Assembly: GCA_963776345.1 (NCBI GenBank)
Contig: CAVZMH010000016.1
Span: 96,001-160,000 of the forward strand
From: an uncultured delta proteobacterium
Lineage (GTDB): Bacteria; Myxococcota; Myxococcia; Myxococcales; Myxococcaceae
Direction of reading: 5' to 3'
Length of the DNA stretch: 64,000 nucleotides
This document shows positions 11,214-22,001 of the stretch, in pieces (the stretch's first letter is position 1; each line of letters starts with the position of its first letter). The translations under genes and the position numbers were made by a program. Below the pieces are notes generated by a model that saw nothing but the letters and a program-made list of their open reading frames with translations, was not told the origin of the DNA and did no database searches.

Positions 11214-11893
11214 CGGAGCAGCTCCACCGCCCGCGCCATGTCGGCCGGGAGCGGAGCCCGGACGTCCACCGCCGGCAGGCCCTCGGCGGCAGGGAGGACC
11301 AGCCGCGCGGCGTGGAGCGGGGTCCGGTCGAGCACCACGGCGTCGGAGCCGCCTCCGAGTGCGCGCTCGGTGACCGGCTCCGGCCGGCCGTACTGCGGGT
11401 CGACGAGCAGCGGAGCACCGGCGTGGCGGAGGTGCACGCGGATCTGGTGGGTGCGCCCGGTGAGCGGCCGGGCCTCCACCAGCGCCACGTCCCCGAACGT
11501 CTCCACCGGCGCGAGCTCGGTGATCGCGGACTTGCCGGCCTCGCCCGGCACGGCGACCCGCATCCGGGCGCGGCGGGCCGGCACCAGCGCCGCATCGACC
11601 CGGACCGGCCCCGGGAGCGGCGGAGAGACGAGCGCCAGGTACCGCTTCTCGGGGAGGCCCCGCTCGAAGGCGAGGCTCGCCGCCCGGTGCGAGGCCTGGT
11701 CGAGCGCGAAGAGGAGAACCCCCGAGGTGTCCCGGTCGAGCCGGTGGACGACCCACACCGGCCGCCCGAGCTGGGCCTCCAGGCGCGCCCGCAGGGGAAG
11801 CCCGACGGCCTCGCTCCGTCCGGGGATGACCGGCACCCCCGCCGGCTTGTCCACGGCGACCAGGCCGCCCCCGGACCAGAGGACGGGGATCAC
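11177..11893 (-). CDS. RluA-family pseudouridine synthase
   Basis: VDKPAG, VHRLDRDTSG (catalytic Asp), TGRTHQIRVHL, LHA. Confidence 0.94.
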   Translation of the reverse strand: MIPVLWSGGGLVAVDKPAGVPVIPGRSEAVGLPLRARLEAQLGRPVWVVHRLDRDTSGVLLFALDQASHRAASLAFERGLPEKRYLALVSPPLPGPVRVDAALVPARRARMRVAVPGEAGKSAITELAPVETFGDVALVEARPLTGRTHQIRVHLRHAGAPLLVDPQYGRPEPVTERALGGGSDAVVLDRTPLHAARLVLPAAEGLPAVDVRAPLPADMARAVELLRQRTWKGSDVPG

Positions 11894-13245
11894 AGCACGT
11901 CGTCGGCCGAGAGGACCTCCACCGGGCCGAAGCGCTCGAGCTGCGGGCGGAGCCGCTCCGCCGGGCCCACCACCACGGTCAGCGGCGGCTCGGGGAAGCA
12001 ATACCGGGCGGCGGCGTCACGGGCCTCGGCGCGGGTGACGGCGCGCACCCGGTCCCGGTAGCGGTCCAGCCAGTCGTCGCCGAGCCCGTAGAGCGCCATG
12101 TCGGCGAGCGCCGCGGCGAGCGACTCGTTGGTCTCGGTGCGGAGCGGGAAGAGGCCGGCGAGGTACCGCTGGGCCTTCTCCACCTCGGCCTGGGTGGGGC
12201 CGCGGTCCCGCATCCGCTCCACCTCCTGCCGCATGACGGAGAGGAGCTGCCCGGTGGTCTCCACCTTGGTGAAGCTCGAGACCGAGAAGAGGCCGCCGGC
12301 GCGCAGGGTGTCGAAGGACGAGCCCACGCCGTACGAGAGGCCGCGCTTCACCCGCACCTCGCGCACCAGCCGCGAGGTGAAGCCGGCGCCGAGCGTCACG
12401 TTCACCACCTGGGCGGCGAACTGCACCGGCGCGCCGCGGCGGTACGCCGGGCCGGCGATGCGGACCTGGCTCTGGGTCTGCTCCGGGCGGTCCACCACCA
12501 CCACCCTGCCCGCCCGGCCCACGCCCTCGGGGGGCAGGACCTCGGCCCCCTCCTCGGGGCCGTCGGCCCAGCCGCCGAACGCCTCCTGCACGCGCGCCGC
12601 GACCTCACCTGGGTCCACCGCGCCCACGACGAAGAGGCGCGCCGGACGGGGCCCGAAGTGGTGGTCGTGGAAGCGGACCGCGTCCTCCCGGCCGAAGCGT
12701 GACACCGAGGCCCGGGTCCCGGAGACGTCGTGCCCATAGGGGTGACCGGCCCAGGCGGTGCGCAGCAGCGCCCGGTCCGCGAGGAGCGAGGGATCGTCCA
12801 CGTCGTTGGCGAACTGGCCGAGGCAGCGCTCCCGCTCGGTGCGGACCTCCTCCTCGGGAAAGCTGGGGACGCGCACCAGCTCGGCCAGCACGTCGAGCAT
12901 CGCCGGGAGGTGCTCGGCCGGGGTGGTGAGGGCGACCGCCAGCTGGTCCTCGCCGGCGAAGAGCCCGAGCGAGGCGCCCACGAACTCGATGGCCTCGTCC
13001 AGCGCGTGCGCGTCGCGGTGGGCGGTGCCCCGGCGGAGCAGGCGCATGGTGAAGTCGGCCAGGCCGTCCTTGCCGTGGGGGTCCGCCGCGGCGCCGGAGG
13101 ACAGCACCAGGCGGACGGCGACCAGCGGGATGCGGCCGCGCTGGGCGACGGTGACCGAGAGGCCACCCGGGGTCTCGACGCGGTGAAGCCGGAGCCCGCG
13201 GGTCGCCCCCACCGCCCGGACGGTGCGCTGCTTGGCGGCGTTCAC
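11890..13245 (-). CDS. M16B peptidase, non-catalytic subunit
   Basis: M16 fold without HxxEH; SRLVREVRVKRGLSY (R/Y pair). Coupled to the catalytic partner. Confidence 0.88.
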   Translation of the reverse strand: MNAAKQRTVRAVGATRGLRLHRVETPGGLSVTVAQRGRIPLVAVRLVLSSGAAADPHGKDGLADFTMRLLRRGTAHRDAHALDEAIEFVGASLGLFAGEDQLAVALTTPAEHLPAMLDVLAELVRVPSFPEEEVRTERERCLGQFANDVDDPSLLADRALLRTAWAGHPYGHDVSGTRASVSRFGREDAVRFHDHHFGPRPARLFVVGAVDPGEVAARVQEAFGGWADGPEEGAEVLPPEGVGRAGRVVVVDRPEQTQSQVRIAGPAYRRGAPVQFAAQVVNVTLGAGFTSRLVREVRVKRGLSYGVGSSFDTLRAGGLFSVSSFTKVETTGQLLSVMRQEVERMRDRGPTQAEVEKAQRYLAGLFPLRTETNESLAAALADMALYGLGDDWLDRYRDRVRAVTRAEARDAAARYCFPEPPLTVVVGPAERLRPQLERFGPVEVLSADDVL

Positions 13246-14519
13246 CTCTGACCGTCCTCGGGGACCAGGGTCACCACCGAGCGCTGCGTGGGGTCCAGCC
13301 AGCGGCGGGCGGCGGCCTGCACCTTCGCCGCGTCGATGCGCCCGTACGCCTCGGGCAGGGCGAGGCCGTGCCCCCAGCTGCCCAGGAAGAGCTCGTAGGT
13401 ACCGAGCGCGTGGGCCCGGCCGGAGTTCGAGGTGAACTCCCGGAGCAGATGCGCGCGCAGGTTGTTCCGCGCCTTCTCCACCTCGCGGGCCTCCACCCCC
13501 TGCTCGGCCACCCTGGCCAGCTCGGCGTAGAGCGCCTCCTCGGCGGCGCGGACGTCGGCGTCGGGCTGCAGCTCGAGGTGGAAGGCGAAGATCCCGGGGT
13601 CCCTCCGCCAGCTCCAGTCCACGCCCACGTTGACCGCGAGCCGCTTGCCGTAGACCAGCGCGCGCTGGAGCCGGCTCCCCTCGCCCACCCCGAGGATGAA
13701 CTGCAGCACGTCCAGGGAGAGGGTGTCGGGGTCGGTCACCGACGGGCCGCGGTAGGCCACGAGCAGCGACGGGGCACGCGAGGGGTGGCGGAGCTCGGCC
13801 CGGCGCTCGCCCCGCTGGGGCGGCTCGGCGTTCACCACGGAGGGGACCGCCGGGCCCTTGGGGATGTCGCCGTAGGCCTTCCGGATGCGCTTCAGCAGCG
13901 GCTCCGGCTCGAAGTCCCCGGACACCCAGAGGACGGCGTTCCCGGGCGCGTAGAAGGTGCGGAAGTAGGCCTCGCAGTCCTGCCGCCGGATGGCCTCGAT
14001 GTCCCCCATGTAGCCGATGACCGGCCAGCGGTAGGGGTGCGACTGGTAGACCAGCGCGTGGAGCGTCTCGTCCATCAGCCCCGCGGGCTCGTTGTCCACC
14101 CGGAGCCGCCGCTCCTCCTTCACCACCTCGCGCTCGCTCCGGAGCGAGCGGTCGTCGATGGTGAGCGAGCGCATCCGGTCCGACTCGAGGTCCAGCACCG
14201 TGTCCAGCGCCTCGGCGGCGAAGTCCTCGTAGTACACGGTGACGTCGTGGGAGGTGTAGGCGTTGGAGCGCCCGCCGTTCGACTCCAGGACCTCGTCGAA
14301 CTCCTTGGGACCGTACCTCTCCGCCCCGTTGAACATCATGTGCTCGAAGAGGTGGCTGATGCCGGTGATGCCGGGGCGCTCGTTGCGCGAGCCCACCTGG
14401 AAGAAGGTGTAGAGGCTCACCACCGGGGCATCGTGGTCGGGCACCATCCGGACCCGGAGGCCGTTGGAGAGCCGGGCTTCGTGGACGGGGAAGAGCTCAG
14501 TCTTTCGGCGGGGGCTCAC
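13242..14519 (-). CDS. M16B zinc peptidase, catalytic subunit
   Basis: GSRNE...GISHLFEHMMF (HxxEH), NAYTS, EREVVKEERR. Confidence 0.93.
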   Translation of the reverse strand: MSPRRKTELFPVHEARLSNGLRVRMVPDHDAPVVSLYTFFQVGSRNERPGITGISHLFEHMMFNGAERYGPKEFDEVLESNGGRSNAYTSHDVTVYYEDFAAEALDTVLDLESDRMRSLTIDDRSLRSEREVVKEERRLRVDNEPAGLMDETLHALVYQSHPYRWPVIGYMGDIEAIRRQDCEAYFRTFYAPGNAVLWVSGDFEPEPLLKRIRKAYGDIPKGPAVPSVVNAEPPQRGERRAELRHPSRAPSLLVAYRGPSVTDPDTLSLDVLQFILGVGEGSRLQRALVYGKRLAVNVGVDWSWRRDPGIFAFHLELQPDADVRAAEEALYAELARVAEQGVEAREVEKARNNLRAHLLREFTSNSGRAHALGTYELFLGSWGHGLALPEAYGRIDAAKVQAAARRWLDPTQRSVVTLVPEDGQR

Positions 14520-14832
14520 GGGGAGGGCTCTGCATACCGCCCCCTCGCCGCCTTCGCACCGACTTCGCGTGCCTCGGGCGCATGGCGGCGAAGACGAAGC
14601 CGCACCAGACGCACTCCGCCCCACGGGGACCGGGGGGGAGCTCCAGGAGGCACCCGGGGCAGCGTTCGGCGGCGGAGGCGGGGCTGGCCTCCTGGGCCCC
14701 CCTGGACCCACGCCGGCGCGCAGGCCTCTGGCCCAGCTGCCGCTCGAGCGTGCGCAACCGGTCCTCGAGCTCGGCGATGCGGTGGAGCAGCGCGCTGTCC
14801 TCGACTCGACCGGCACGGGCGCGCGCGTTCAC
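14497..14832 (-). CDS. Small coiled-coil plus zinc-ribbon protein
   Basis: LLHRIAELEDRLRTLERQL followed by CPGC...CVWCGF. Start uncertain. Confidence 0.55.
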   Translation of the reverse strand: MNARARAGRVEDSALLHRIAELEDRLRTLERQLGQRPARRRGSRGAQEASPASAAERCPGCLLELPPGPRGAECVWCGFVFAAMRPRHAKSVRRRRGGGMQSPPREPPPKD

Positions 14833-14922
14833 CACTCGCGCTACGCTGCCAGCGGGGGAGCCCTCCCGCAAGAATCCGGACTCCGAGGAATACCCCCGCC
14901 CACCCTGGACCCCCACCGCCCG

Positions 14923-16596
14923 ATGCTTCGCCCCGACGCCCCTCCCCCCTCCGACCCCGAGCCACTGCACGGCGGCGTGCACACCCGGCCCTCCCAGCCC
15001 GAGGCGGTCCGGGCCCAGGAGGAGGCGCTGGGCGTGCTCTCCGACGGGGAGCTTGCCCGACTGCTCGACGGGGAGGCGCGGATGGCGGTGGAGCGCTCGC
15101 GCCAGGTGTTCGTGAACCGCAATCTCCGGATGGCGAACGTGGAGATGGTGGGGTTCGACATGGACTACACCCTGGCCATCTACCACCTGCGCCGGATCGA
15201 GCAGCTCTCGTTCGATCTGACGCTGTCTCGCCTGGTGACCGAGTTCGGCTACCCGGCGGAGCTGGGGCTGCTCCAGTACGACCACGGCTTCGTGATGCGC
15301 GGCCTGGTGGTGGACAAGTCGCACGGGAACCTCATCAAGATGGACCGGTTCGGGAGCGTGGGGCGCGCCTACCACGGGCTCTCGCCGCTCCCGGTCGAGG
15401 TGTGCCACCGGCTGTACCGCAACGAGCGCATCCGGCTCACCAGCGAGCGGTACGCGTGGATCGACACGCTGTTCTCGCTTCCGGAGGCGTGGCTGTACGC
15501 GGCGATCATCGATCTGCTGGAGCGGCAGGGCCGCTCCGTGGAGTACGGACGGCTGTACGACGACGTCCGCGAGGCCATCGACGCCGTCCACCGCGACGAC
15601 TCGCTGAAGCGCGAGGTGCGCAAGGACATCGGCCGGTACATCTTCCGCGACCCGGAGCTGGGGCCCGCGCTGCACAAGCTGCGCTCGGGCGGGAAGAAGC
15701 TCTTCCTCCTCACCAACTCGCTCTGGGACTACACCGACGTGGTGATGTCGTTCCTGCTGGACGGGGTGGTGAGCGAGTACCCGTCGTGGCGGAACTACTT
15801 CGACGTGGTGATCACCGGCGCGGCCAAGCCGTCCTTCTTCACCGACGGCCGGCCGTTCCTCGAGGTCGACCCGAGCACCCGCGAGAACACGGTGATCGGC
15901 GAGGCGACCGCGCTCGAGCGGTGGAAGGTGTACCAGGGCGGAAACCTCCCGGCGCTGGAGCGGATGACCGGCATCGGCGGAGAGCGGGTGCTCTACGTGG
16001 GGGACCACATCTACGGCGACATCCTCCGCAGCCGGAAGGCGTCGCTCTGGCGGACGTGCATGGTGGTGCAGGAGCTGGAGGACGAGATCCGCTACACCGA
16101 GGGGCGCGGCGAGGAGATCGCCCGGCTCGGCGAGGTGGAGCTGCTCATCGCCCGGCTGGACGACGAGCTGAACGTGCGGAAGGGCGTGCTCAACGCGCTG
16201 GACCGCCGTCTGGACCGGAGCAGCGACGGCGACGACCGCCGGACGGAGCTGGAGGAGGAGCGCCGGCGTGCCAAGTCCGAGCTGGAGCGGCTCCGGCGGG
16301 CGCTGCGGACCAGCGCCGGCATCGCCGACGTGCTGGAGCGCGACGTGGAGCTGGGCTTCAACCCCTTCTGGGGCCTGATGTTCAAGGAGGGGAACGAGAA
16401 CAGCCGCTTCGGGAGCCAGGTGGAGCAGTACGCCTGCCTCTACACGTCGCGGGTCAGCAACTTCCTCTACGTCTCGCCGATGCAGTACCTCCGGGCGCAG
16501 CGGGACCGGATGCCGCACGAGTGGGCGGGTGCCCCGACGGGCCGGCTCTCGCCGCTGGGGAGCGAGGGGCCGCCGAAGGGCGCGCGGCGGGGCTGA
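14923..16596 (+). CDS. HAD-IG family 5'-nucleotidase (cN-II like)
   Basis: GFDMDYTLAIY, LLTNS, KPSFF, YVGDHIYGDI, YACLYTSRVSNF. Confidence 0.93.
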   Translation: MLRPDAPPPSDPEPLHGGVHTRPSQPEAVRAQEEALGVLSDGELARLLDGEARMAVERSRQVFVNRNLRMANVEMVGFDMDYTLAIYHLRRIEQLSFDLTLSRLVTEFGYPAELGLLQYDHGFVMRGLVVDKSHGNLIKMDRFGSVGRAYHGLSPLPVEVCHRLYRNERIRLTSERYAWIDTLFSLPEAWLYAAIIDLLERQGRSVEYGRLYDDVREAIDAVHRDDSLKREVRKDIGRYIFRDPELGPALHKLRSGGKKLFLLTNSLWDYTDVVMSFLLDGVVSEYPSWRNYFDVVITGAAKPSFFTDGRPFLEVDPSTRENTVIGEATALERWKVYQGGNLPALERMTGIGGERVLYVGDHIYGDILRSRKASLWRTCMVVQELEDEIRYTEGRGEEIARLGEVELLIARLDDELNVRKGVLNALDRRLDRSSDGDDRRTELEEERRRAKSELERLRRALRTSAGIADVLERDVELGFNPFWGLMFKEGNENSRFGSQVEQYACLYTSRVSNFLYVSPMQYLRAQRDRMPHEWAGAPTGRLSPLGSEGPPKGARRG

Positions 16597-17437
16597 GCAC
16601 CGGGACCCGGCAGCACCGGGCCCGGCGCGACTTCCCGGGCCGGCGGGCCACCCTCGCCGCGGACCTGGAGGCACACCGCGCCCAGACGACGGGGGCGCTC
16701 CGGGACGCCCACTCGTGCCGGAGCCCGAGCGCCCGCAGCGCCGGCGTGTAGCGCGCCGACTTGACCAGCACGACACGGCGGGCGACGCGCCGCGCCTCGG
16801 CCAGGACCTCGGGCGTGAGCGGGGACGGATCGGCGAGGCGCCGCAGCATCTCGAAGCCGGGCTGCGCGGACAGCGCACGGCCGAACATCGGGTCGAAGAG
16901 GACGACGTCCACGCTCCCGGCCGGCATCTCTCGAAGCAAGGCCCCTGAGTCGGCGTGGCGGACCTCGATTCGAGCGCTCGACTTCGGCGCCTCTCGCCGT
17001 AGCGTGGCGTCGGCAAGCACCGCCAGTGGAAGGCTCGACTCGACGCCGAGGACGGAGCCGCCAGGCCCGACCAGCCGCGCCGCCACCCGCGCGTCCTGGG
17101 CGAAGCCGAGTGTCGCGTCCAGCACCCGCTCTCCCGGCGCCAGCTCGCCGACGCGCTGCAGGGGGTCCTCCGTCCGGCCCTTGGCGATCTCCTTGAGCCG
17201 CAGCGCAGCCAGCCCGGCTCCGCCCCGCACGTGCGCGAGCCGATCCCACAGCGACACCGCGTCCTCGCCGAACACGACCAGAACCCGCGCCTGATCGAGC
17301 AGCCCGCGGAGTGGCGCCTTCGGGCTCCGGAGAAGGAACGGCAAGCCCCAGCGCGTGGCGCAGGCCTCGGCCTCGGCACGGAGCGTGGCGTCCGTCGACC
17401 CGCTCAGGGCCACGGCCAGGGGATGCAGGGGCTCCAT
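16454..17437 (-). CDS. Class I SAM-dependent methyltransferase, RsmJ/YhiQ-like (3' end uncertain)
   Basis: VLDATLGFAQDA, GVESS, DVVLFDPMF, RRVVLVK. Tail overlaps the convergent gene, probably because of an indel. Confidence 0.8.
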   Translation of the reverse strand: MEPLHPLAVALSGSTDATLRAEAEACATRWGLPFLLRSPKAPLRGLLDQARVLVVFGEDAVSLWDRLAHVRGGAGLAALRLKEIAKGRTEDPLQRVGELAPGERVLDATLGFAQDARVAARLVGPGGSVLGVESSLPLAVLADATLRREAPKSSARIEVRHADSGALLREMPAGSVDVVLFDPMFGRALSAQPGFEMLRRLADPSPLTPEVLAEARRVARRVVLVKSARYTPALRALGLRHEWASRSAPVVWARCASRSAARVARRPGKSRRARCCRVPVLSPAARPSAAPRSPAARAGPSGHPPTRAASGPAAPGGTASARRRGSC

Positions 17438-17451
17438 CGACCTCCGCGGAC

Positions 17452-19577
17452 TTACGCCGACCGGCGGGCCGACTCCATCTGCTGCGGCAGCACCGAGCGG
17501 TTCCGTCCGTTCCGCTTCGCGAAGTAGAGGCACTGATCGGCGAGGTCGATCAGCTCCTGCTTGCCGGTTCCGTTGGCCGGCGCCGCCGCGATGCCCATGG
17601 AGAGGGTGATCTGCAGCGGACCGAGCTCGGTCTGGAAGACCTTGGCCTGGACCGCCTCGCGGATCCGCTCGGCGATGACCAGGGCGCCCTTCCCGTCCGT
17701 CTCCGGCATGATGACCGCGAACTCCTCGCCGCCGTACCGGGCGACCAGGTCCGTGTCGCGCGCCTTCTCCCGGAGGATCTGCGCCACGCCCTTGAGCACC
17801 ACGTCACCGACCGGGTGCCCGTGGGTGTCGTTCACCGCCTTGAAGTGGTCCACGTCGGTGAGGAGCACCGCGCACGCACGGCCATACCGGCGGGCCTGGG
17901 CCAGCGCCTCGTCGGCCCTCGCCTGGAACGCCCGGTGGTTCAGCAGACCGGTGAGACCATCGGTCGTCGCCAGCCGCTCGGTCTGGTCGAAGAGCTGGGC
18001 CCGGAGCACCGCCTGCCCGGCCTGGAGCGCGATGACCTCGAGCATCCGCAGCGCGTCCTCGTCCAGCGAGGCTCGCCGCCTGGCGCCCGCCACCAGCGTG
18101 CCCAGGATGCGGTCCCCGGCCCCGAGCGGGAGGATCTTCAGCGCGCCGAGGCCGCGCAGCCGGGTGTCGTCGTCGAACACCACCTGCCGGTCCATCGCCC
18201 GGAGCTCACGGCCCGGCAGCGGCGTCCCGTAGCGGACCACGTTGGCCACCAGCCCGTTGTTGTCGGGGAAGACGCGCCCCTCGAGCGTCTTGCCCGCCGG
18301 GCTCGCGCCGCTGATGCGGGCCACCCGGTGCTCGCGCTTGCCCTCGTGCTCGGCCACCAGGGTGATGGCCGCGAAGTCCAGGCCGGCGAGCTGCCGCGCG
18401 CCGTCGAGCACCGCTCCGAACACCGCGTCGAGGTTCGCCGCGCGGTTGAGGTCCTCGATGGCCTTGAAGAACCGGCCCTTCTCGTCCCGGGCACGGCGGA
18501 TCTCCACCAGCACCCGCTCGACCTCGATGGCCCGGAGCACCTCGCCGGCGAGCGTCCGGAGCAGCGCCTCGTCCCGGTCCTCGAACGGCTCGGGCTCCAT
18601 CCGGTCCGCGAGCAGCACCCCGCGGAGCTGTCCGCCGGGCTCCGCCAGCGGCACGGCACAGACGCTCCGGGGGGCCGGGCCACCCTCGTACCAGGTGACG
18701 CCGCGCAGGCCAGAGGGCGAGACCATCCGGACCGGCACCGACCGCTTCAGCACCCCCGCGAGGATGCCCTCGCCGGCGTGCACCGCGCCGCGCTGCACGC
18801 GCTCGGAGGCGCTCCGGCAGTCGTGGAGGACGAGCGTGCGGTCGTCCGGGGCGAGGAGGAACGCCGCGCAGGTGTGCGTCCGGAGCGCGAGCTCGCCGAT
18901 CTCCAGGACCGAGCCGACCGCGCCCTCCACCTGCTTCACCGCGGCCAGCATCCACTGGCTCCCGGCGTCGGCGCGGGCTCGGAGCTCCCGGCGCTGGCCA
19001 GCCGGTAGGTGCGCGCCCGCTCCTCGACCTCGCGGATGCGGGCCTTCACCGCCTCCTGCTCGGCGTGGCGGGCCAGCGCCAGCCGGGCGTTGAGGACGAG
19101 GCGGTAGATGACCGCGAACAGCACCAGGAACGCGGCGTGGGCGACGAAGGGAATCCACCCCGCGCGGAGCGTGAGCAGCGCCTCGAACCCGAGCGCGAGG
19201 CCGAGCAGCAGCCCCGCCGGAAGAGCATCGAAGAAGCCCACCAGCCCGGCCATGACCACGTAGACCAGCGGATGCACGCCGGGGCCGGCGAGGGCCACCA
19301 CCATGTAGGCCGCGGCGACCAGCGGCCCCCCGAGCTCGAGGTCGTCCCGGACGCGGGGGCGGGCGCTCGCGGGGATGCGCATCGCGCGGCGCACGCCGGC
19401 GACGCAGAGCCCGGCCACCAGACCGGCCGCGGCGGCCACCTCGTCCCAGCGCGGATCCGCCACCCCCCGCAGCCGCCCCAGCCCGAGGAGCCAAGCCACG
19501 GCCAGGACCGAGGCCGGGCCGATGGAGCGGAGGAGCCAGCGCGCGGCGCGCGGCATCCGTGCGGAGCGCGGGCTCAT
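17452..19577 (-). CDS. dmxA: Diguanylate cyclase, TM-GAF-GAF-GGDEF, DmxA-like (indel near 18970)
   Basis: Multi-TM N-terminus (ORF 18936-19577) joins two GAF domains and a GGDEF domain (DVDHFKAVNDTHGHPVGD, RDTD I-site, RYGGEEF). Flanked by ftsB and an rRNA methyltransferase-like gene, as I recall for M. xanthus dmxA. Confidence 0.85.
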
Positions 19578-19852
19578 TCGAGGTGGATGACGATCTCGCC
19601 GGGCTTCACGAAGCCCAGCTCCTCACGGGCGGCGCGCTCGATGGCCGCGGGGTCGCTGCGGAGCGCCTCGACCTCCCGGCCGAGGCGCAGGTTCTCCTCC
19701 CGGAGCTGGGCGTTTCGCTGGGCCAGCGACTCGGCCTGGGCCCGCAGCCGGGCGTGCCGGCGGAAGCCCCGCGGCTCCAGCGCGCTGACCAGGGCGAGGA
19801 CCAGGGACACCGCCGCCGCCAGCCGCCAGCCGTACCGCCGCATCCAGTCCAT
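19574..19852 (-). CDS. ftsB: Septum formation initiator FtsB/DivIC
   Basis: TM, coiled coil, IERAAREELGFVKPGE. Confidence 0.92.
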   Translation of the reverse strand: MDWMRRYGWRLAAAVSLVLALVSALEPRGFRRHARLRAQAESLAQRNAQLREENLRLGREVEALRSDPAAIERAAREELGFVKPGEIVIHLE

Positions 19853-19943
19853 CGCTGGAACAGGACGGTAGCAGTGGGCCGAACCCCCGCAAGAAAGCCG
19901 CCATGAGGGTCGGGAGCCCCGCAGGGCGCGTTGCGAAGGGTGG

Positions 19944-21373
19944 CTACTCGAACAGGAACACGTTCGGGCGGGGGAAGCCCTGGGCGTCCTCCCCGCCGAA
20001 GAGCAGCACCCTGCCGTTTCCCAGCAAGGTCGCGGTGGCGTTGCGCCGGGCCGGGTCCAGGCGGGGCCCGGGAACCCATCCCCCGGTGGCCGGATCGAAC
20101 AGCTCCGTCTCGGGCACGGCCACGTCGAACTGGTCCCCGCTCGGGAAGCCGCCCACCGCCAGCACCCTGCCATCGGTGAGCAGGACCGCCGAGTGATCGC
20201 CGCGCGCGACCTGGAAGGCTCCGAGTGGCGGAGAACTTCCCAGTCGTCGGGTCGAAGACCTCCGAGGCCGCCAGGGTGCCGTCTCCGTCGGTGGGATCGG
20301 CGCCTCCGAAGCCGCCGCTGATCAGCACCCGGCCGTCGTGAAGGAGCGTCGCCCGGTGCAGACTCCGCCGCAGCGTGAGCTGGCCGGTGACCTGGAACTT
20401 CCCCGTGCTCGGGTCATAGGTCTCGGCGGCTGCGCTGTACTCCTCGCCGGTGCTGGTGCAGCACACGATTCCCCCGGCGATGAGCACCCGCCCGTCGGCG
20501 AGCAGGGTCGCGGTGTGACCGCGCCTGCCCACCACCATGTCCTCGCCCTGGGTCCACTCTCCGGTGGCCGGATCGTAGGTCTCGCTGGACGGAGACCCTG
20601 GCACCCCACCGCCGGTCATCAGCACCCGCCCATCGGCGAGCAACGTGGCCGCCGCATCGCCGGAGCGCAGGGTCTTGAGATCTCCGACCCGCTTGAACTG
20701 CCCCGTGGCAGGGTCGAAGCGCTGGCTCAGCCTGCCGGGGTGGATTCCGAGGCCAACGCCACTGTTGATCCCGCCTCCCACCAGGAGGAACGCGCCTCCG
20801 TGCAGCGGCACGGGGACGGTGAATTCCCGGTCCCGCGCGCTGAGCGCGAGCCCCGGGCCCGCGGTGAGCTCCTCGGTGGTCACGTCGAAGCGCTGGGTGG
20901 TGTCCAGGTCCGGCGTGTTGATCGCCTCCGAGGTATTCCCGCCCATGAGCAGCGCGCTTCCGTCGGGGAGGACCATCGCCACGTGCGCTTGCCGCGCCAC
21001 CGGAGAGTCGGGAAGCGGCCGGATCCGATCGCGGTAGTGCACGGCCACGGTCAGCTGCGACACGGCTTCCTGACCGGCCCGCCGCACCTTCAAGACGAAC
21101 GTCGTGCTCCGCGACAGCACCCCCGTCTGTACGGGCTGTCCGCTCTGAACCGGGCCGAGGCCCTCGATCTCCGCACTCGCTCCGCTGAAGACGGCCACCA
21201 GCTGTGCCCGTTCGCCGACCGGGGTGGAGGCGCGGATCGGCGCGGAAGTCCTGGATCGACGGTGGGCCGTCCGGCCCGGGTCCGGACGAGGTGCCGCAAG
21301 CGGCGGCGACGAGGAGAACGAGCAGGCCCAGGCAGAAGAGTCGGTCGGACCTGCGCGGGTCGGTGAGGTTCAT
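19944..21373 (-). CDS. Kelch-repeat (beta-propeller) lipoprotein (indels near 21230 and 20210)
   Basis: LLVAAAC lipobox; repeated RxxHxATLLxDGRVLxxGG...ExYDPxTGxF/W across three frames. Confidence 0.85.
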
Positions 21374-21461
21374 CGAATCTCAGTGGGACTGTACCAGAGA
21401 CACACCGCTGGCAGCGCGTTGCGCGACTCGAGCGCCCTCCGCGCAACGCGCGTCGTCCCTC

Positions 21462-22001
21462 TCAGCGCGGCGGCGTCTTCCGGAGCGCCTCGTCGATGAG
21501 CGGCTCGAGCGTCCCCTGCTCCGCCACCCCGGCGTAGACGGACAGCACCTTCCCGTCGCGGCCGATGATCAGCGTCGTGGGCAAGAGCCCGACCTTCCCG
21601 AACGCGGTCTGTCCGCTCCGGAGCGGGTCGTCGGCGACGAGCACCGGGAACCGCAGCCCGAGCTGGTCGGCGAACGGCCTCAGGACCTGCGGCCCCTCCA
21701 GGTCCATGCCGACGGCGATCACCACCAGCCCGCGGCCCTGCTCGTGATCGTAGATTTCCTGGAGGCGGGGCGCGGTGGCGATGCAGGGGAAGCACCAGGT
21801 GGCCAGGAACTGCACCACCACCACCTTGCCCCCGAGCTGGCTCCCGTCGAGCCACCCGCCGCCGAGCACCGGGAGTCGCTGCAGCTCCGCCAGGTACGGC
21901 GAGGCATCCACGTGGGGCGGAGGATTGGCGGACTGCCCCGCGCACCCGGCGAGCACCAGCCCGAAGGCGAGGACGGCGCCAGCCGCGCGGCACCGGCTCA
22001 G
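21462..22001 (-). CDS. TlpA-family thioredoxin-like lipoprotein (start approximate)
   Basis: LVLAGC lipobox; GKVVVVQFLATWCFPC; LPTTLIIGRDG. Confidence 0.87.
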   Translation of the reverse strand: MSRCRAAGAVLAFGLVLAGCAGQSANPPPHVDASPYLAELQRLPVLGGGWLDGSQLGGKVVVVQFLATWCFPCIATAPRLQEIYDHEQGRGLVVIAVGMDLEGPQVLRPFADQLGLRFPVLVADDPLRSGQTAFGKVGLLPTTLIIGRDGKVLSVYAGVAEQGTLEPLIDEALRKTPPR

